Notes: generated from the letters alone by a model not told the origin. A stretch of DNA of 64,000 nucleotides from an uncultured Mollicutes bacterium (GCA_900545015.1 UQXJ01000005.1:2668-66667); one strand, 5' to 3'; shown: positions 17,667 to 30,991, numbered from the stretch's first letter. A program made the numbers and translations.

Positions 17667-20600
17667 ATGAAAAGAAAAAGAGAGAAATCATTAGTTAATT
17701 ACCTTAAACTCAGAATTGTAATACTTTCTTTGTTAACTATTGTCTTGTTTGGATTAGAAATCTTTTTCGGTGTTTCATATTTTACTAATGGTCAAGATAA
17801 AATTACTTTAATATGTTTTATCCTTGCAACAATTGTAACGATTCTTTTAGCTGCTTATTTAATTTATTGTAGTGTCACAATTACTCGTATTATTTATAAA
17901 GATATTTATCTTAAATCATTATCAAATTATGATGAGATTGCTCATTTTAAATACGACTTTAAAAAATATAATCTTACTAAAATTAGAGAATTTAAAGTTT
18001 TAAATGAAAAACTTGATCACATTGAAGAAAGTTATAAAGGTGTACTTATCTGCGAACCTTCAAAAACATATGATGATTTTGAATTTAGCTACATTAAAGA
18101 TTTTGAAAATCATAAAGTTATTCAATTTGTAGATTTTAAGAAAAATATTCAAAAATTAATTAATCTAAGTAGAACATATCGAAACGTTTTCGTGTCTTTT
18201 AAATTTATTAAAGAGAGCGATGTGGAAGTAAAAAATGATAATTTAATTCGCTTTATTGAATTATTAGAAGAAACATTTAAAAATAATTCACCACTTATTT
18301 CTTTCGACTCTTCAAATCAATCATTTTATATGTATCTTCCTAACATTGATTTGATCTCAATTTTAAAAGATAAATTAAATTATGCTGTAACTAACTTTTT
18401 CATTGCTGATTATAAAATGAAAACGGAAGTTACACATTTAAAAGCTAGTGCAGTAATTTATCCATATACTGCAGGAGAAGATATTTTATCTCATTTAAAA
18501 TATGCTGAACGTAAAGGCAATGATGTTAATATCTATATTCCAGAATTTAACAGTGTTAATTCAGACAACAACAATTTATATAGTGAAAAAGTTGCTAAAT
18601 TGAATAAAGTCTTTGATCTTATTTCTAGTAAAAAGATGATTAAATCAAATAGCCAAAACTATATAGAAAAAATTACTAATGGTATTAAAAACGTTACTGA
18701 TTTATTAGGATTTGATATTGGCGGTATTGCAACTAAAAATTTCGATGATGAAACAATTACTTTAAGAAAGACTTATGCTAATGATCCTTCTAAGAATGAT
18801 TATTTTAAGACTGACATCTTTAATTCAGATTTTGTCAACACTTTAAGAAATAAATGTGATGATGATTCAACTTATGTATTCTATGATGCAGTTGATACTC
18901 CTCACGAATTAAAAGAAACATTTGATTTGTATGGAATTAAATCTGGTTATCTTTATCTCTTTTATAACGAAGGTGCTTTAGTTGGTATAATTTTCTTCTT
19001 TAATTTTGATAAGCCATGCGTTATTGATAACTATAGTAGAGGCGCAATTTTATATTGTTGCTCGATGATTGGCAATATATTAAATGGTTATGGAAACATG
19101 GTTAGTGTGAATCATTACATGAAGAACCTTGAAAATGTTTTAAGCTTATCAAACATAAAAGAGTATACAGTAAACAAAACCAACTATAGATTGTATGCAG
19201 TTTCTAATGAACTTAAAACCTATAAAAAGAATGTTAAACAAGGTGACATTTGCTATGAAGCAATTTACGGACTTAAAAAGCCATGCGAAAATTGTCCTTT
19301 GAATAAACTAAAAAGAAAAATCGTTACTATAGATGATATTAATTATGCTTATCACACAAGCAATATCAAAGAAAGTAAAAACTTCATTAGTATTTATCTT
19401 TTACCAGTGGCTGAAACATCGACAATTATGTGTAAGCAAAGAATTGATCCAATTTTATTACTTAATACTACATATTCTTTGGTTGAGGAACTGAATAATA
19501 AATTTGCCATGAAGAGCAAAGGCTATTTGTTATTAGTTAGAATAGAAAATAAAGATGAAATTCTTGAAAAAGTTGGTGAGGATGGATTCCGAGACATTCT
19601 TATTAATATAAGTGACAATATTAAAGAAAATAATTTTGGCGAATCACGTGTCTATTTATATTCAGACGACACTTTGGGACTTATTTTAAATGAAGTAGGT
19701 CGTAATGAAATATTTAAAATTGGAGAAAAAATCTCTAGTTTTATTGATGCAGCAACTTTAAATATCGATAACTTAAAAATTAACTCTACACAATTTTTCT
19801 ATCAATATCCTTTAACCTATCCAACAGCTTATGACTTCTTTAGAAATGTTGAACTTTCAATCAATAACGAACCAAGAAGAATTGATAATCTTCTTATCTT
19901 AAAAGATGAAAATATTACTAGACCTATGAATAAAGAAGCTTATATCCTTGATTTGCTTAATACTTCATTCAATAAACATTCTTTTGATATTAGAATCCTT
20001 CCTATTATTAAAAAGGAAACTAAATCATTATATGGTGGTGAAGTATTATTAAGGCTGAAAGATACTTTAACAGGAGATTTCTTCAGTGCTTATGAATTTA
20101 TTGATGTTGCTATTAAAAATGATATGATGCATCTATTTACTAATCTCATCATTGAACAAATTGGAAAATTATATAAACAATATGGTCAAACAGTATTTAG
20201 ATCTAATTGTCTTGATAGAATCTCAATCAATTTAGATTCTTCATACTTCAATTCTTATACATTTGTTGATGATATTGCTGAGCTTTTAAAAGTTTATAAC
20301 TTTAATAAGGATTTCCTTTCATTCGAACTTAATGAAGAAGATATTTATAACCATTATGAATTAATTAAAGGAGTTACTAAAAAACTTAAAGGTTATTACA
20401 TCAAATTTGTTTGCGATCAATACACCGGAAAATTCTTAAGCTTTGAAAAATTATCAAAAATTGGATTTGAAGAAATTAAATTAAGCCGTGATATTGTAAA
20501 CGATATTGATAGTAATGCTTTAAAGTTAAACGAAGCTAATATTTTAATAAATGAAGCACATAACTTTAATATGAAGGTAACAATTGTTGGCGTTGAAAGA

Positions 20601-20735
20601 AAAGAACAACTTGAAGTTATTAAAGATAACCATGATGTAGATTATTTACAAGGCTATTATTTCTATAAACCACTCGAGGAGAATGACTTCTTATCTTTAG
20701 TAAAAACGATGCTTTTAAAAATACCTTTAAATTAA
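17667..20735 (+). CDS. Membrane protein with degenerate GGDEF-like and degenerate EAL domains (candidate c-di-GMP receptor)
   Basis: AAGGGG RBS before ATG 17667; the GTG 17544 extension overlaps the riboswitch. Two N-terminal TM helices. YSDDT replaces GGDEF. EAL region: GGEVLLRL, SINLD, ELNEED, VCDQYTG (for DDFGTG), KLSRD, IVGVE (for EGVE), QGYYFYKP. Cys cluster CYEAIYGLKKPCENCP. Confidence 0.7.
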   Translation: MKRKREKSLVNYLKLRIVILSLLTIVLFGLEIFFGVSYFTNGQDKITLICFILATIVTILLAAYLIYCSVTITRIIYKDIYLKSLSNYDEIAHFKYDFKKYNLTKIREFKVLNEKLDHIEESYKGVLICEPSKTYDDFEFSYIKDFENHKVIQFVDFKKNIQKLINLSRTYRNVFVSFKFIKESDVEVKNDNLIRFIELLEETFKNNSPLISFDSSNQSFYMYLPNIDLISILKDKLNYAVTNFFIADYKMKTEVTHLKASAVIYPYTAGEDILSHLKYAERKGNDVNIYIPEFNSVNSDNNNLYSEKVAKLNKVFDLISSKKMIKSNSQNYIEKITNGIKNVTDLLGFDIGGIATKNFDDETITLRKTYANDPSKNDYFKTDIFNSDFVNTLRNKCDDDSTYVFYDAVDTPHELKETFDLYGIKSGYLYLFYNEGALVGIIFFFNFDKPCVIDNYSRGAILYCCSMIGNILNGYGNMVSVNHYMKNLENVLSLSNIKEYTVNKTNYRLYAVSNELKTYKKNVKQGDICYEAIYGLKKPCENCPLNKLKRKIVTIDDINYAYHTSNIKESKNFISIYLLPVAETSTIMCKQRIDPILLLNTTYSLVEELNNKFAMKSKGYLLLVRIENKDEILEKVGEDGFRDILINISDNIKENNFGESRVYLYSDDTLGLILNEVGRNEIFKIGEKISSFIDAATLNIDNLKINSTQFFYQYPLTYPTAYDFFRNVELSINNEPRRIDNLLILKDENITRPMNKEAYILDLLNTSFNKHSFDIRILPIIKKETKSLYGGEVLLRLKDTLTGDFFSAYEFIDVAIKNDMMHLFTNLIIEQIGKLYKQYGQTVFRSNCLDRISINLDSSYFNSYTFVDDIAELLKVYNFNKDFLSFELNEEDIYNHYELIKGVTKKLKGYYIKFVCDQYTGKFLSFEKLSKIGFEEIKLSRDIVNDIDSNALKLNEANILINEAHNFNMKVTIVGVERKEQLEVIKDNHDVDYLQGYYFYKPLEENDFLSLVKTMLLKIPLN

Positions 20736-20868
20736 GCAATTATTGATTGAAATAGGTTAAAAAAGTTGCAAATCTATCATATTTTCACTATTTTCATGAG
20801 ATAAAAGATGCCGAATTTGTATCACGATTTTATTTTATTCTTTTAAAAAATAAATTATAATAAAGTAT

Positions 20869-21762
20869 ATGAGAATTTTCAGCGAGGCAACTAAAGTAAG
20901 TTGGAATCAAATATGGGCATCTGTAGTTGAATCCTTAAAACAAATTTGGAATTTCTGGTTTAATTCAAATGGACAAGAACTTCCTTATTTTGCATCTTTT
21001 TGTTTCGCTTTAATTGTTCTTATTGTTGGTATATTAATTATTAAATTGATCTTAAGGCTCGTTGCTAAAGCCTTCAAAATCGATAAAAAAGTTATCAAAG
21101 ATAAAACAGTAAAATCGTTCTTATTATCAACTTTAAAGATATTTTTATATTTCGGATTAGTATTAATCTTCTTATCTATCCTTAGAGTTGAATTAAGTGG
21201 AATAGCTACAATATTCTCCAGTGCAATCTTAGCAGTAGGTTTATCTTTACAAGATGTTATTTCAAACTTTGCAAGTGGCATCATTATTCTTAGCAACAAG
21301 CCATTTGTTGTTGGTGATTATATATCTTTAAATGATACAACAATTGAAGGTACTGTTCTGGACGTAAGATTTTTAGTTACTGTATTAAAAACTTATGATT
21401 GCCAAGTCATCACGATTTCTAATAAAACTATTACAAATTCAGCAATTACAAATTATACAAAAGATCCTTTAAGAAGAGTTTCTATAAATATTAATTTTGA
21501 TTATTCTGCTGATATTGAAAAAATTAAAAAAGAATTCATTGCTATTGCATCAAGTGACAATAGAGTGATGGCAAATCCGAAACCATTTTGTGTTTTGACA
21601 AATTTTACAAATAGTGGCTTGTCTCTTTCTTTAAAATTCTATGTACCAACAGACATGTATTGGGATGTTTGGTTTGACATTAATGATAGAATTATTAAGA
21701 AGATGAATGAAATGAAACTTGTTATTCCATATAACAGAATTACACTTGTGGAGAATAAATAA
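20869..21762 (+). CDS. Small-conductance mechanosensitive channel (MscS family)
   Basis: Three TM helices, then FASGIIILSNKPFVVGDYISL...GTVLDVRFLVTVLKTYDCQVITISNKTITNSAITNY, the typical MscS beta-domain signature. Confidence 0.7.
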   Translation: MRIFSEATKVSWNQIWASVVESLKQIWNFWFNSNGQELPYFASFCFALIVLIVGILIIKLILRLVAKAFKIDKKVIKDKTVKSFLLSTLKIFLYFGLVLIFLSILRVELSGIATIFSSAILAVGLSLQDVISNFASGIIILSNKPFVVGDYISLNDTTIEGTVLDVRFLVTVLKTYDCQVITISNKTITNSAITNYTKDPLRRVSININFDYSADIEKIKKEFIAIASSDNRVMANPKPFCVLTNFTNSGLSLSLKFYVPTDMYWDVWFDINDRIIKKMNEMKLVIPYNRITLVENK

Positions 21763-21764
21763 AG

Positions 21765-22187
21765 ATGAAATTATTTAAAAGTAATAAAGGAACTATATTA
21801 TTTTATTTAATATTAAGCTTAGTAATTATAGCCTTAACTTTTTTATGCTTGTTAAGTGATTCACCTTTTAATTATTATCCTATAGTTATTACAGCTTTTG
21901 CTTTTGCGTTTGGCGCAGGATATTTACTTTTAATGTTAAAAAGTGCAAATAAAAAAACAGTAATTAATGATAAAAATAAGAATTTAAATGTTGCTATTGA
22001 AATGGGTAGTAATTTTCTTAGATTCTTACTCATTGCTTTAGGAATTGTTGTTTCATTTTTATTTATACGTTTTATGCCTCATGAAGGTGATATTCCAAAA
22101 TGGGTTTACGCTTTAGTTTTAATTAATGGCGTACCTATGTTTATTGATATTTGTTTATTTTATTTAAGGAGTAAATATGTTGAATAA
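21765..22187 (+). CDS. AtpI-like small membrane protein
   Basis: 140 aa with four hydrophobic segments, immediately upstream of and overlapping atpB. Called by position only. Confidence 0.4.
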   Translation: MKLFKSNKGTILFYLILSLVIIALTFLCLLSDSPFNYYPIVITAFAFAFGAGYLLLMLKSANKKTVINDKNKNLNVAIEMGSNFLRFLLIALGIVVSFLFIRFMPHEGDIPKWVYALVLINGVPMFIDICLFYLRSKYVE

Positions 22188-23013
22188 TATTAAAACATTT
22201 ATTGATTATTCAACAATGTGGAGTACAAAATTTGAAGATGTTTTTGTACCTGAAATTTTTTCAAGTTTATTAATTATGCTTGGAATTTTAATTTTAGCAA
22301 TTATTATTAATTTTAAATTTAAAAAAGCAATAAAAGATCCACTTGCAACACCAAAAGGATTTGTATTTATAATTTCTCAAGCTGTTACAACAATAGATAA
22401 GTTTGTTATAGAAACAATGGGAATTAGAAATCGTAATTTTGGTGGATATGTAATGTTTTTAGCTTTTTATGTATTTTTAGCATTTACTATAGGCTTAACT
22501 GGATTACCATCAGCAATTACTTATTTTGGAGTTCCTCTTTCAATTGCGCTTGTTACATTTATATTAATTCACGCAACTGCAATAAAAGAAAATCATCGGG
22601 GATATTTTAAAAGATTTATTGATCCATTACCTGTATTTTTACCAATAAATCTTATTACTATGTGGGCGCCATTGCTTTCAATGTCTCTCCGTATGTTTGG
22701 TAATGCTATGAGTGGTTTCTGCATTATGTCAATTGTATATTTCGCTTTAGAAAATATTTCTAATGCTATATTTGGCTCATGCTTTATGGGAAATTATTGG
22801 GCAAATGCTTTAGGAGAAACTGTGGCAGGAGCCGCTGGTCCAGCCGGAATATTCCTTCCACCTTTGATAACTCCAGTCTTGCATTTATATTTTGATTTAT
22901 TCAGTGGTTTTGTACAAACCTTTGTATTTATATTGTTAACAATGATTTTCGTTCTTCAAGAGCAAAATGAAGAACCAGATCAAGTTATAGAACGAGTTTC
23001 ACAATCGGCATAA
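22177..23013 (+). CDS. atpB: F0F1 ATP synthase subunit a
   Basis: Polytopic. Conserved SLRMFGNAMSG arginine motif. Operon context. Confidence 0.9.
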   Translation: MLNNIKTFIDYSTMWSTKFEDVFVPEIFSSLLIMLGILILAIIINFKFKKAIKDPLATPKGFVFIISQAVTTIDKFVIETMGIRNRNFGGYVMFLAFYVFLAFTIGLTGLPSAITYFGVPLSIALVTFILIHATAIKENHRGYFKRFIDPLPVFLPINLITMWAPLLSMSLRMFGNAMSGFCIMSIVYFALENISNAIFGSCFMGNYWANALGETVAGAAGPAGIFLPPLITPVLHLYFDLFSGFVQTFVFILLTMIFVLQEQNEEPDQVIERVSQSA

Positions 23014-23026
23014 AGGAGGAATAAAT

Positions 23027-23290
23027 ATGGAAATACTTTTAAACCTTGTGAATGTATTAGCTAGCGATCCAACAGGATTTGTCTACATTGGTATTGGCTT
23101 AATGTCATTAGCTTTAGGCGCAAGTGGTATCGGTGAAGGTCTTGTCTGTGCTAAAACTGTAGAATCAATGGGAAGAAATCCTGAAATGTATTCTAAATTA
23201 AGAACTGCAATGATTCTCGGCTGTGCTTTAACTGAAACAACAGCTATTTACGGCTTACTTATTGCATTATTAATGTTATTCGTAGGCTAA
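23027..23290 (+). CDS. atpE: F0F1 ATP synthase subunit c
   Basis: 87-aa hairpin. GRNPE loop. Carboxylate in ALTETTAIYGLL. Confidence 0.9.
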   Translation: MEILLNLVNVLASDPTGFVYIGIGLMSLALGASGIGEGLVCAKTVESMGRNPEMYSKLRTAMILGCALTETTAIYGLLIALLMLFVG

Positions 23291-23303
23291 TATTAGGAAG
23301 GAT

Positions 23304-23906
23304 ATGAAGAGATTTTATAAATCGCTTATATTATTTTTACCATTAGCTTTAGTTTTAACGAGCTGCAATACAGATGATTTAGGAAACGATCTTTCAAATC
23401 AGATTGAAGCAAAATTGTTTCCTAACATTTGGGCTTTTTTGGTACAATTTATTGCGTTTATTATTGTTGCTCTTCTTGTAATCAAACTTGGATATAAACC
23501 AGTTAGAAAATATCTTGATAAAAGAAGAGAACTTTTAGATAACGAAGTAAATGAAGCAAAAAAACTTAACGCAGATGCAAAAGAAAACTTCTTAAAAAGT
23601 GAAAAGGCTTTAGCGGATACTAAAAAAGGAGCAACTTCAATTATTGAAGATGCCAAGAAAGAGGCTAGTGCTAAAAAAGAAGAAATATTAAACGAGGCTT
23701 TCTTTGAAGCTAGTAAAACAAAAGAGAAAGCTTTACTAGATATTGAAAAAACAAAAGAAAGTGTCAAAAAACAACTTCAGGGTGAAATTATTAACGTTGC
23801 TCTTGATGCATCTAGTAAAATTTTAAAACGTGAAGTTAACGAAAAAGATAATAAGAGGATTATCGATCAATTCGTTGATGACTTAGAAAACAATAAGAAG
23901 GAATAA
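23304..23906 (+). CDS. atpF: F0F1 ATP synthase subunit b with a lipoprotein-type signal (lipobox LTSC)
   Basis: N-terminal MKRFYKSLILFLPLALVLTSC, then a TM helix and a long charged helix. Operon position between atpE and atpH. Confidence 0.8.
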   Translation: MKRFYKSLILFLPLALVLTSCNTDDLGNDLSNQIEAKLFPNIWAFLVQFIAFIIVALLVIKLGYKPVRKYLDKRRELLDNEVNEAKKLNADAKENFLKSEKALADTKKGATSIIEDAKKEASAKKEEILNEAFFEASKTKEKALLDIEKTKESVKKQLQGEIINVALDASSKILKREVNEKDNKRIIDQFVDDLENNKKE

Positions 23907-23910
23907 CTAA

Positions 23911-24453
23911 ATGGGTGAAGAAGCTCTTTTTAATAGATATGCTGTAGCTTTAGTTGAACTTTCTGTAGAAAGGCATAAAGAGGTCGAATATCGAAATACG
24001 GTTAAAGTTCTTAAGAACATTTTGAAGGAAAATAAAGAGTTTTCTGCTATTTTAAGTGACCCAAATTACTCATTAAAAGATAAATATAAATTAATTGATA
24101 AAGTTTTTGTTAACGTTCAAAAAGACATAATTTCTTTTATTAAAATTATTATTAATAACGGAAGAGCCTTTTATTTATATGATATCTTTAAAGAAACACT
24201 TTTTAGATTTGATGATTTTTTGCAAATTGAGGAAGGCGAAATCTATCTTGCAGAAGATATGAGTGATGAAGATATTGATAAGATAAGATTAGCAATTGAA
24301 AAGGATATTGGCAAAAAAGTTGAACTTGATAAAGTAATAGACCCATCATTGATTGGTGGATTTAAAGTTAAATTAAAAGATGGCGTTTACGATTCAAGTA
24401 TTAGTACGAAGATTACGAAGTTGAGAAACACTCTAATAAATGGAGGAAAATAA
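23911..24453 (+). CDS. atpH: F0F1 ATP synthase subunit delta
   Basis: 180 aa, OSCP-like ([18 protein letters not shown] near the C-terminus). Operon position. Confidence 0.8.
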   Translation: MGEEALFNRYAVALVELSVERHKEVEYRNTVKVLKNILKENKEFSAILSDPNYSLKDKYKLIDKVFVNVQKDIISFIKIIINNGRAFYLYDIFKETLFRFDDFLQIEEGEIYLAEDMSDEDIDKIRLAIEKDIGKKVELDKVIDPSLIGGFKVKLKDGVYDSSISTKITKLRNTLINGGK

Positions 24454-24454
24454 C

Positions 24455-25966
24455 ATGGAAATTAAAGCAAATGAAATTAGCTCTTTAATTAAAGAACAAA
24501 TTAAGGACTTTAAAGATAGCACAGAATATGTAACTGATATTGGAACAGTTGTAACAATCGGTGATGGTATTGCTGTAATTTATGGACTAAGAAATGCTCT
24601 TCTTGGCGAACTTTTAGAATTTCCTAATTCCGTTTTTGGCATGGTTATGAACCTCGATGAGGATAGTGTAAGTGCATGTTTATTAGGTGATGCTGATTTA
24701 GTTAAAGAAGGCGATAAAGTAAAGGGAACAAAACAAGTTGTTGAAATTCCTGTTGGGGATGCATTACTTGGAAGAGTAGTAGATGCATTAGGAAGACCAA
24801 TAGATGGTGAAGGAAAAATTGATTTTAAAGAAACTTTACCTATTGAAAGAAATGCACCAACAATTATGCAAAGAGAATCTGTTAATTCACCTTTAGAAAC
24901 AGGCATTAAATGTATTGATGCTGTTATTCCAATTGGAAAAGGACAAAGAGAATTAATTATTGGTGATCGCCAAACCGGTAAAACTGCAATTGCAATTGAT
25001 ACAATTATTAACCAAAAGGGCAAAAATGTATATTGCGTTTATGTTGCCATCGGTCAAAAGAATAGTAGCGTTGCATCAATTGTTGATAAATTAAAGAATT
25101 ATGGAGCTATGGATTACACACTTGTAGTTAATGCTTCTGCAAGTGAAATATCTCCACTTCAATATATTGCACCATATTCTGCTTTATCAATGAGTGAATA
25201 TTGGATGCAAAATGGCAAAGATGTTTTAATCGTTTTTGATGATTTAAGTAAACATGCTGTCGCCTATAGAACGTTATCTTTACTTTTAAAGAGATCTCCA
25301 GGTAGAGAAGCTTATCCAGGTGATATCTTCTATTTACATTCAAGATTATTAGAAAGATGTGCAAAATTAAATAAGAAAAATGGTGGAGGATCAATTACAG
25401 CACTTCCTATTGTTGAAACTTTAGCTGGCGACATCAGTGCTTATATTCCTACAAATGTTATTTCCATTACTGATGGACAAATTTTCTTATCAACAGACTT
25501 ATTTAATGCTGGTCAAAGGCCTGCAATCGATACTGGATTATCTGTATCTAGAGTCGGTAGTGCTGCGCAATATAAATGCATGAAAAAAGTTTCAAACTCA
25601 ATTAAGATGGAACTTGCTAACTATCATGAATTGCTATCATTTGCTCAATTTGGCAGTGATCTTGATGCTTCAACTCAGAAAATTATTAAACATGGTAAAG
25701 TCTTAATGGAAGTTTTAAAGCAAGAACAATATGCACCTTTATCTTGCGATAAAGAAGTTGTCGAAGTATTTGCTTCAAAATATGGATTTTTAGATGATAT
25801 TGAATCAAATGAAGTTCATGATTTCTTAGAATCATTATATGAATACATTCAAAACTTCTATAAAGACATAATTTTAGAAATTGATCAAAAACATGATTTT
25901 GATGATACATTAATTGAAAAACTACAAAAAATTATTTCTACATTTAAAAACGAAAGAACACTTTAA
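24455..25966 (+). CDS. atpA: F0F1 ATP synthase subunit alpha
   Basis: GGAGGA RBS at 24442-24447 before ATG 24455. Walker A GDRQTGKT. Strongly conserved alpha-subunit sequence throughout. Confidence 0.95.
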   Translation: MEIKANEISSLIKEQIKDFKDSTEYVTDIGTVVTIGDGIAVIYGLRNALLGELLEFPNSVFGMVMNLDEDSVSACLLGDADLVKEGDKVKGTKQVVEIPVGDALLGRVVDALGRPIDGEGKIDFKETLPIERNAPTIMQRESVNSPLETGIKCIDAVIPIGKGQRELIIGDRQTGKTAIAIDTIINQKGKNVYCVYVAIGQKNSSVASIVDKLKNYGAMDYTLVVNASASEISPLQYIAPYSALSMSEYWMQNGKDVLIVFDDLSKHAVAYRTLSLLLKRSPGREAYPGDIFYLHSRLLERCAKLNKKNGGGSITALPIVETLAGDISAYIPTNVISITDGQIFLSTDLFNAGQRPAIDTGLSVSRVGSAAQYKCMKKVSNSIKMELANYHELLSFAQFGSDLDASTQKIIKHGKVLMEVLKQEQYAPLSCDKEVVEVFASKYGFLDDIESNEVHDFLESLYEYIQNFYKDIILEIDQKHDFDDTLIEKLQKIISTFKNERTL

Positions 25967-25969
25967 TAA

Positions 25970-28680
<2,711 letters not shown>

Positions 28681-28817
28681 TTTTTATAAGTTTTATATTG
28701 TTTTTTTGATCATTTTCTTAAAAAAATAACAAAAAAGTTCATTTTTTGTTGTATTCTTTATATGTATATATTAAATAATTTTATTTTTTAAAGTAAAATT
28801 ATAAACGAGGTACAAAG

Positions 28818-30017
28818 ATGAAAAACTTTATTTTTATATCACCACATTTCCCTTCAAATTATTGGCGCTTCTGCTTGGCGCTTAAAAATAGGGGATTTAA
28901 TGTCTTAGGAATAGGTGATGCTCCATATAATGAATTATCAGATGAATGTAAGTTTGCATTAACTGAATATTATTGTTGCTATAATATGGACAATTATGAA
29001 AACGAGAAAAAAGCAGTAGCATACTTTAAAAATAAATATGGTGAAATTGATTTCTTAGAATCAAATAATGAATATTGGCTTGAAAAAGATGCTCAATTAA
29101 GAACTGATTTTGATATTAAAAATGGTCCAAGAGTCGATGAAATTGAAAGATACAAACTTAAATCACTACAAAAGAAATATTATGAAAAAGCTAGACTAAA
29201 ATGTGCTCGATACATTTTAGTTAAAGACAAAAATGAAGTACTTGATTTTATTAAAAATGTTGGTTATCCAGTATTCTGTAAACCTGATAATGGAGTCGGA
29301 GCTCAAGATACCCATAAAATTAGAAACGAAAAAGATTTAGATGCTTTCTTCTTTAATAAAGATGAATCAAAAACATATATCATGGAAGAATTTGTTAATG
29401 GTCAAATTATTTCATTTGATGGAATCACTGATTCAAATAGCAATGTTTTATTCTATACATCAAATGTTTTTATTAATGATAATTCTGAGATTGTTCAAAA
29501 CAATTTAGATGATATGTATTATTGCGTTCCTTCTAAATATCTTGATCCAAAATTTGTTGAAGATGGCAAAAACGCAATTAAAGCTTTTGAAGTTAAGAAT
29601 AGATTCTTCCATCTTGAATGGTTTAAATTAAAAGAAGACCATCCATATTTAGGTAAAAAGGGAACAATTATACCGTTAGAAGCTAATATGAGACCTGCAG
29701 GTGCATTTACTCCTGACTTAATTAACTTTGCTAATTCTGTTAATTGCTATGAAATATTTGCTGATTCAATTGCATTTAATGAAAATAGAGAATTTATGGA
29801 TTTTGATAAATTCTATGCATGTGCAACTAGTAGAAGAAATGCACTTCATTATAAAAATAGTTTAGAAAATATTTTAGCTAAATATCCTAATAATATTTGT
29901 TGCTATGGTGACTATCCAAAAGCCTTAAGAGACGATATGGGTGACACATACGTATTTGCAAAATTTAAAACATTAGAAGAAATGTTTGATTTTGATAAAT
30001 TTGTTAGAGAAAAATAA
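28818..30017 (+). CDS. ATP-grasp domain protein (carboxylate-amine ligase-like)
   Basis: 399 aa. Central region YPVFCKPDNGVGAQDTHKIRNEKDL...IMEEFVNGQIISFDG has the typical ATP-grasp B/C-domain pattern. Confidence 0.55.
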   Translation: MKNFIFISPHFPSNYWRFCLALKNRGFNVLGIGDAPYNELSDECKFALTEYYCCYNMDNYENEKKAVAYFKNKYGEIDFLESNNEYWLEKDAQLRTDFDIKNGPRVDEIERYKLKSLQKKYYEKARLKCARYILVKDKNEVLDFIKNVGYPVFCKPDNGVGAQDTHKIRNEKDLDAFFFNKDESKTYIMEEFVNGQIISFDGITDSNSNVLFYTSNVFINDNSEIVQNNLDDMYYCVPSKYLDPKFVEDGKNAIKAFEVKNRFFHLEWFKLKEDHPYLGKKGTIIPLEANMRPAGAFTPDLINFANSVNCYEIFADSIAFNENREFMDFDKFYACATSRRNALHYKNSLENILAKYPNNICCYGDYPKALRDDMGDTYVFAKFKTLEEMFDFDKFVREK

Positions 30018-30068
30018 TTATTTTGTATTTTTAAAAATCATATATACTTATTTTAAGGAGAAAAAAAT

Positions 30069-30344
30069 ATGAAAAAAAATGAAATCATTAGAAAAATAGC
30101 TGATGATGCAGAAATTTCTCAAATTGAAGCTGGTAAAGTCTTTGATGCAATTTTTGCATTGTTTGCTGAAGAACTTGAAAATGGCAATGAAGTTGCTGTC
30201 CCTGGATTTGGTACATTTAAATTAGTAGCTTCAAAAGAAAGAAAAGGAAGAAATCCAAAAACTGGTGAAGAAGTTACTATTAAAGCTAGTAAAAAAGTTT
30301 CATTTAAAGTTGCAAAAGGTTTAAAAGAAGTAGTTAATAAATAG
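30069..30344 (+). CDS. hup: DNA-binding protein HU
   Basis: 91 aa. GFGTFKLVASKERKGRNPKTGEEVTIKASKKVSFK is the HU arm signature. Confidence 0.9.
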   Translation: MKKNEIIRKIADDAEISQIEAGKVFDAIFALFAEELENGNEVAVPGFGTFKLVASKERKGRNPKTGEEVTIKASKKVSFKVAKGLKEVVNK

Positions 30345-30387
30345 TTTTATTATCTATTAAATAAATATATTAAACATATATAAAAAT

Positions 30388-30416
30388 ATGGTTGTTTTTT
30401 GTAACGACCATTTTTA
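30388..30416 (+). terminator. Putative rho-independent terminator after hup
   Basis: ATGGTTG (30388-30394) pairs with CGACCAT (30405-30411), including one G-U pair, followed by a T-run. Confidence 0.45.
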
Positions 30417-30445
30417 TAATTAACGGATAAAAAGGAGGAAAAAGT

Positions 30446-30991
30446 ATGGATAAAGCAGGACAAAAAAGATTATTTGCATCTTTTGAGAGAAGCGATGTTA
30501 CATTTGACAGATTCAAAGCTGTTATCGAAATTCCAAAAGGAAGCAAAGCGAAATATGAATTTGATAAAGAAAGCGGATTAATAAAATTAGATAGAATTTT
30601 ATATACTTCAACTCACTATCCACATAACTATGGTTTTATACCGTTAACATATTGTGAAGATGGCGACCCACTTGATGTTTTAGTTTTATGTTCAGAACCA
30701 TTAGTACCATTAACAGTTGTTGATTGTAGACCTATTGGTGTTCTTGAAATGCTTGATAGTGGAAAAAAGGACTCAAAAATTATTGCTGTTGCTATAGATG
30801 ATCCATTTTATAACGAATATACAGATTCAACAGATCTTCCTAGACATATAGGCGAAGAAATTAAACACTTTTTTGATGTTTATAAAAATCTTGAAGGCAA
30901 AACAGTTGTAACAGGTGATGTTGAAAATAGTGTTGCTGCAAAAAAAGTAGTTCAACATTGTATAGATTTATATAAAATGGGCAAATTCTAG
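30446..30991 (+). CDS. ppa: Inorganic pyrophosphatase, family I
   Basis: [17 protein letters not shown]...[24 protein letters not shown] is the canonical family I PPase motif. Confidence 0.9.
   Translation: MDKAGQKRLFASFERSDVTFDRFKAVIEIPKGSKAKYEFDKESGLIKLDRILYTSTHYPHNYGFIPLTYCEDGDPLDVLVLCSEPLVPLTVVDCRPIGVLEMLDSGKKDSKIIAVAIDDPFYNEYTDSTDLPRHIGEEIKHFFDVYKNLEGKTVVTGDVENSVAAKKVVQHCIDLYKMGKF

Noticed and set aside
28681-28817. Possible terminator after atpC (AACAAAAAA...TTTTTTGTT)
   Set aside because: The stem is almost entirely A-T, making it indistinguishable from background in this AT-rich spacer, so it is not reported as a feature.
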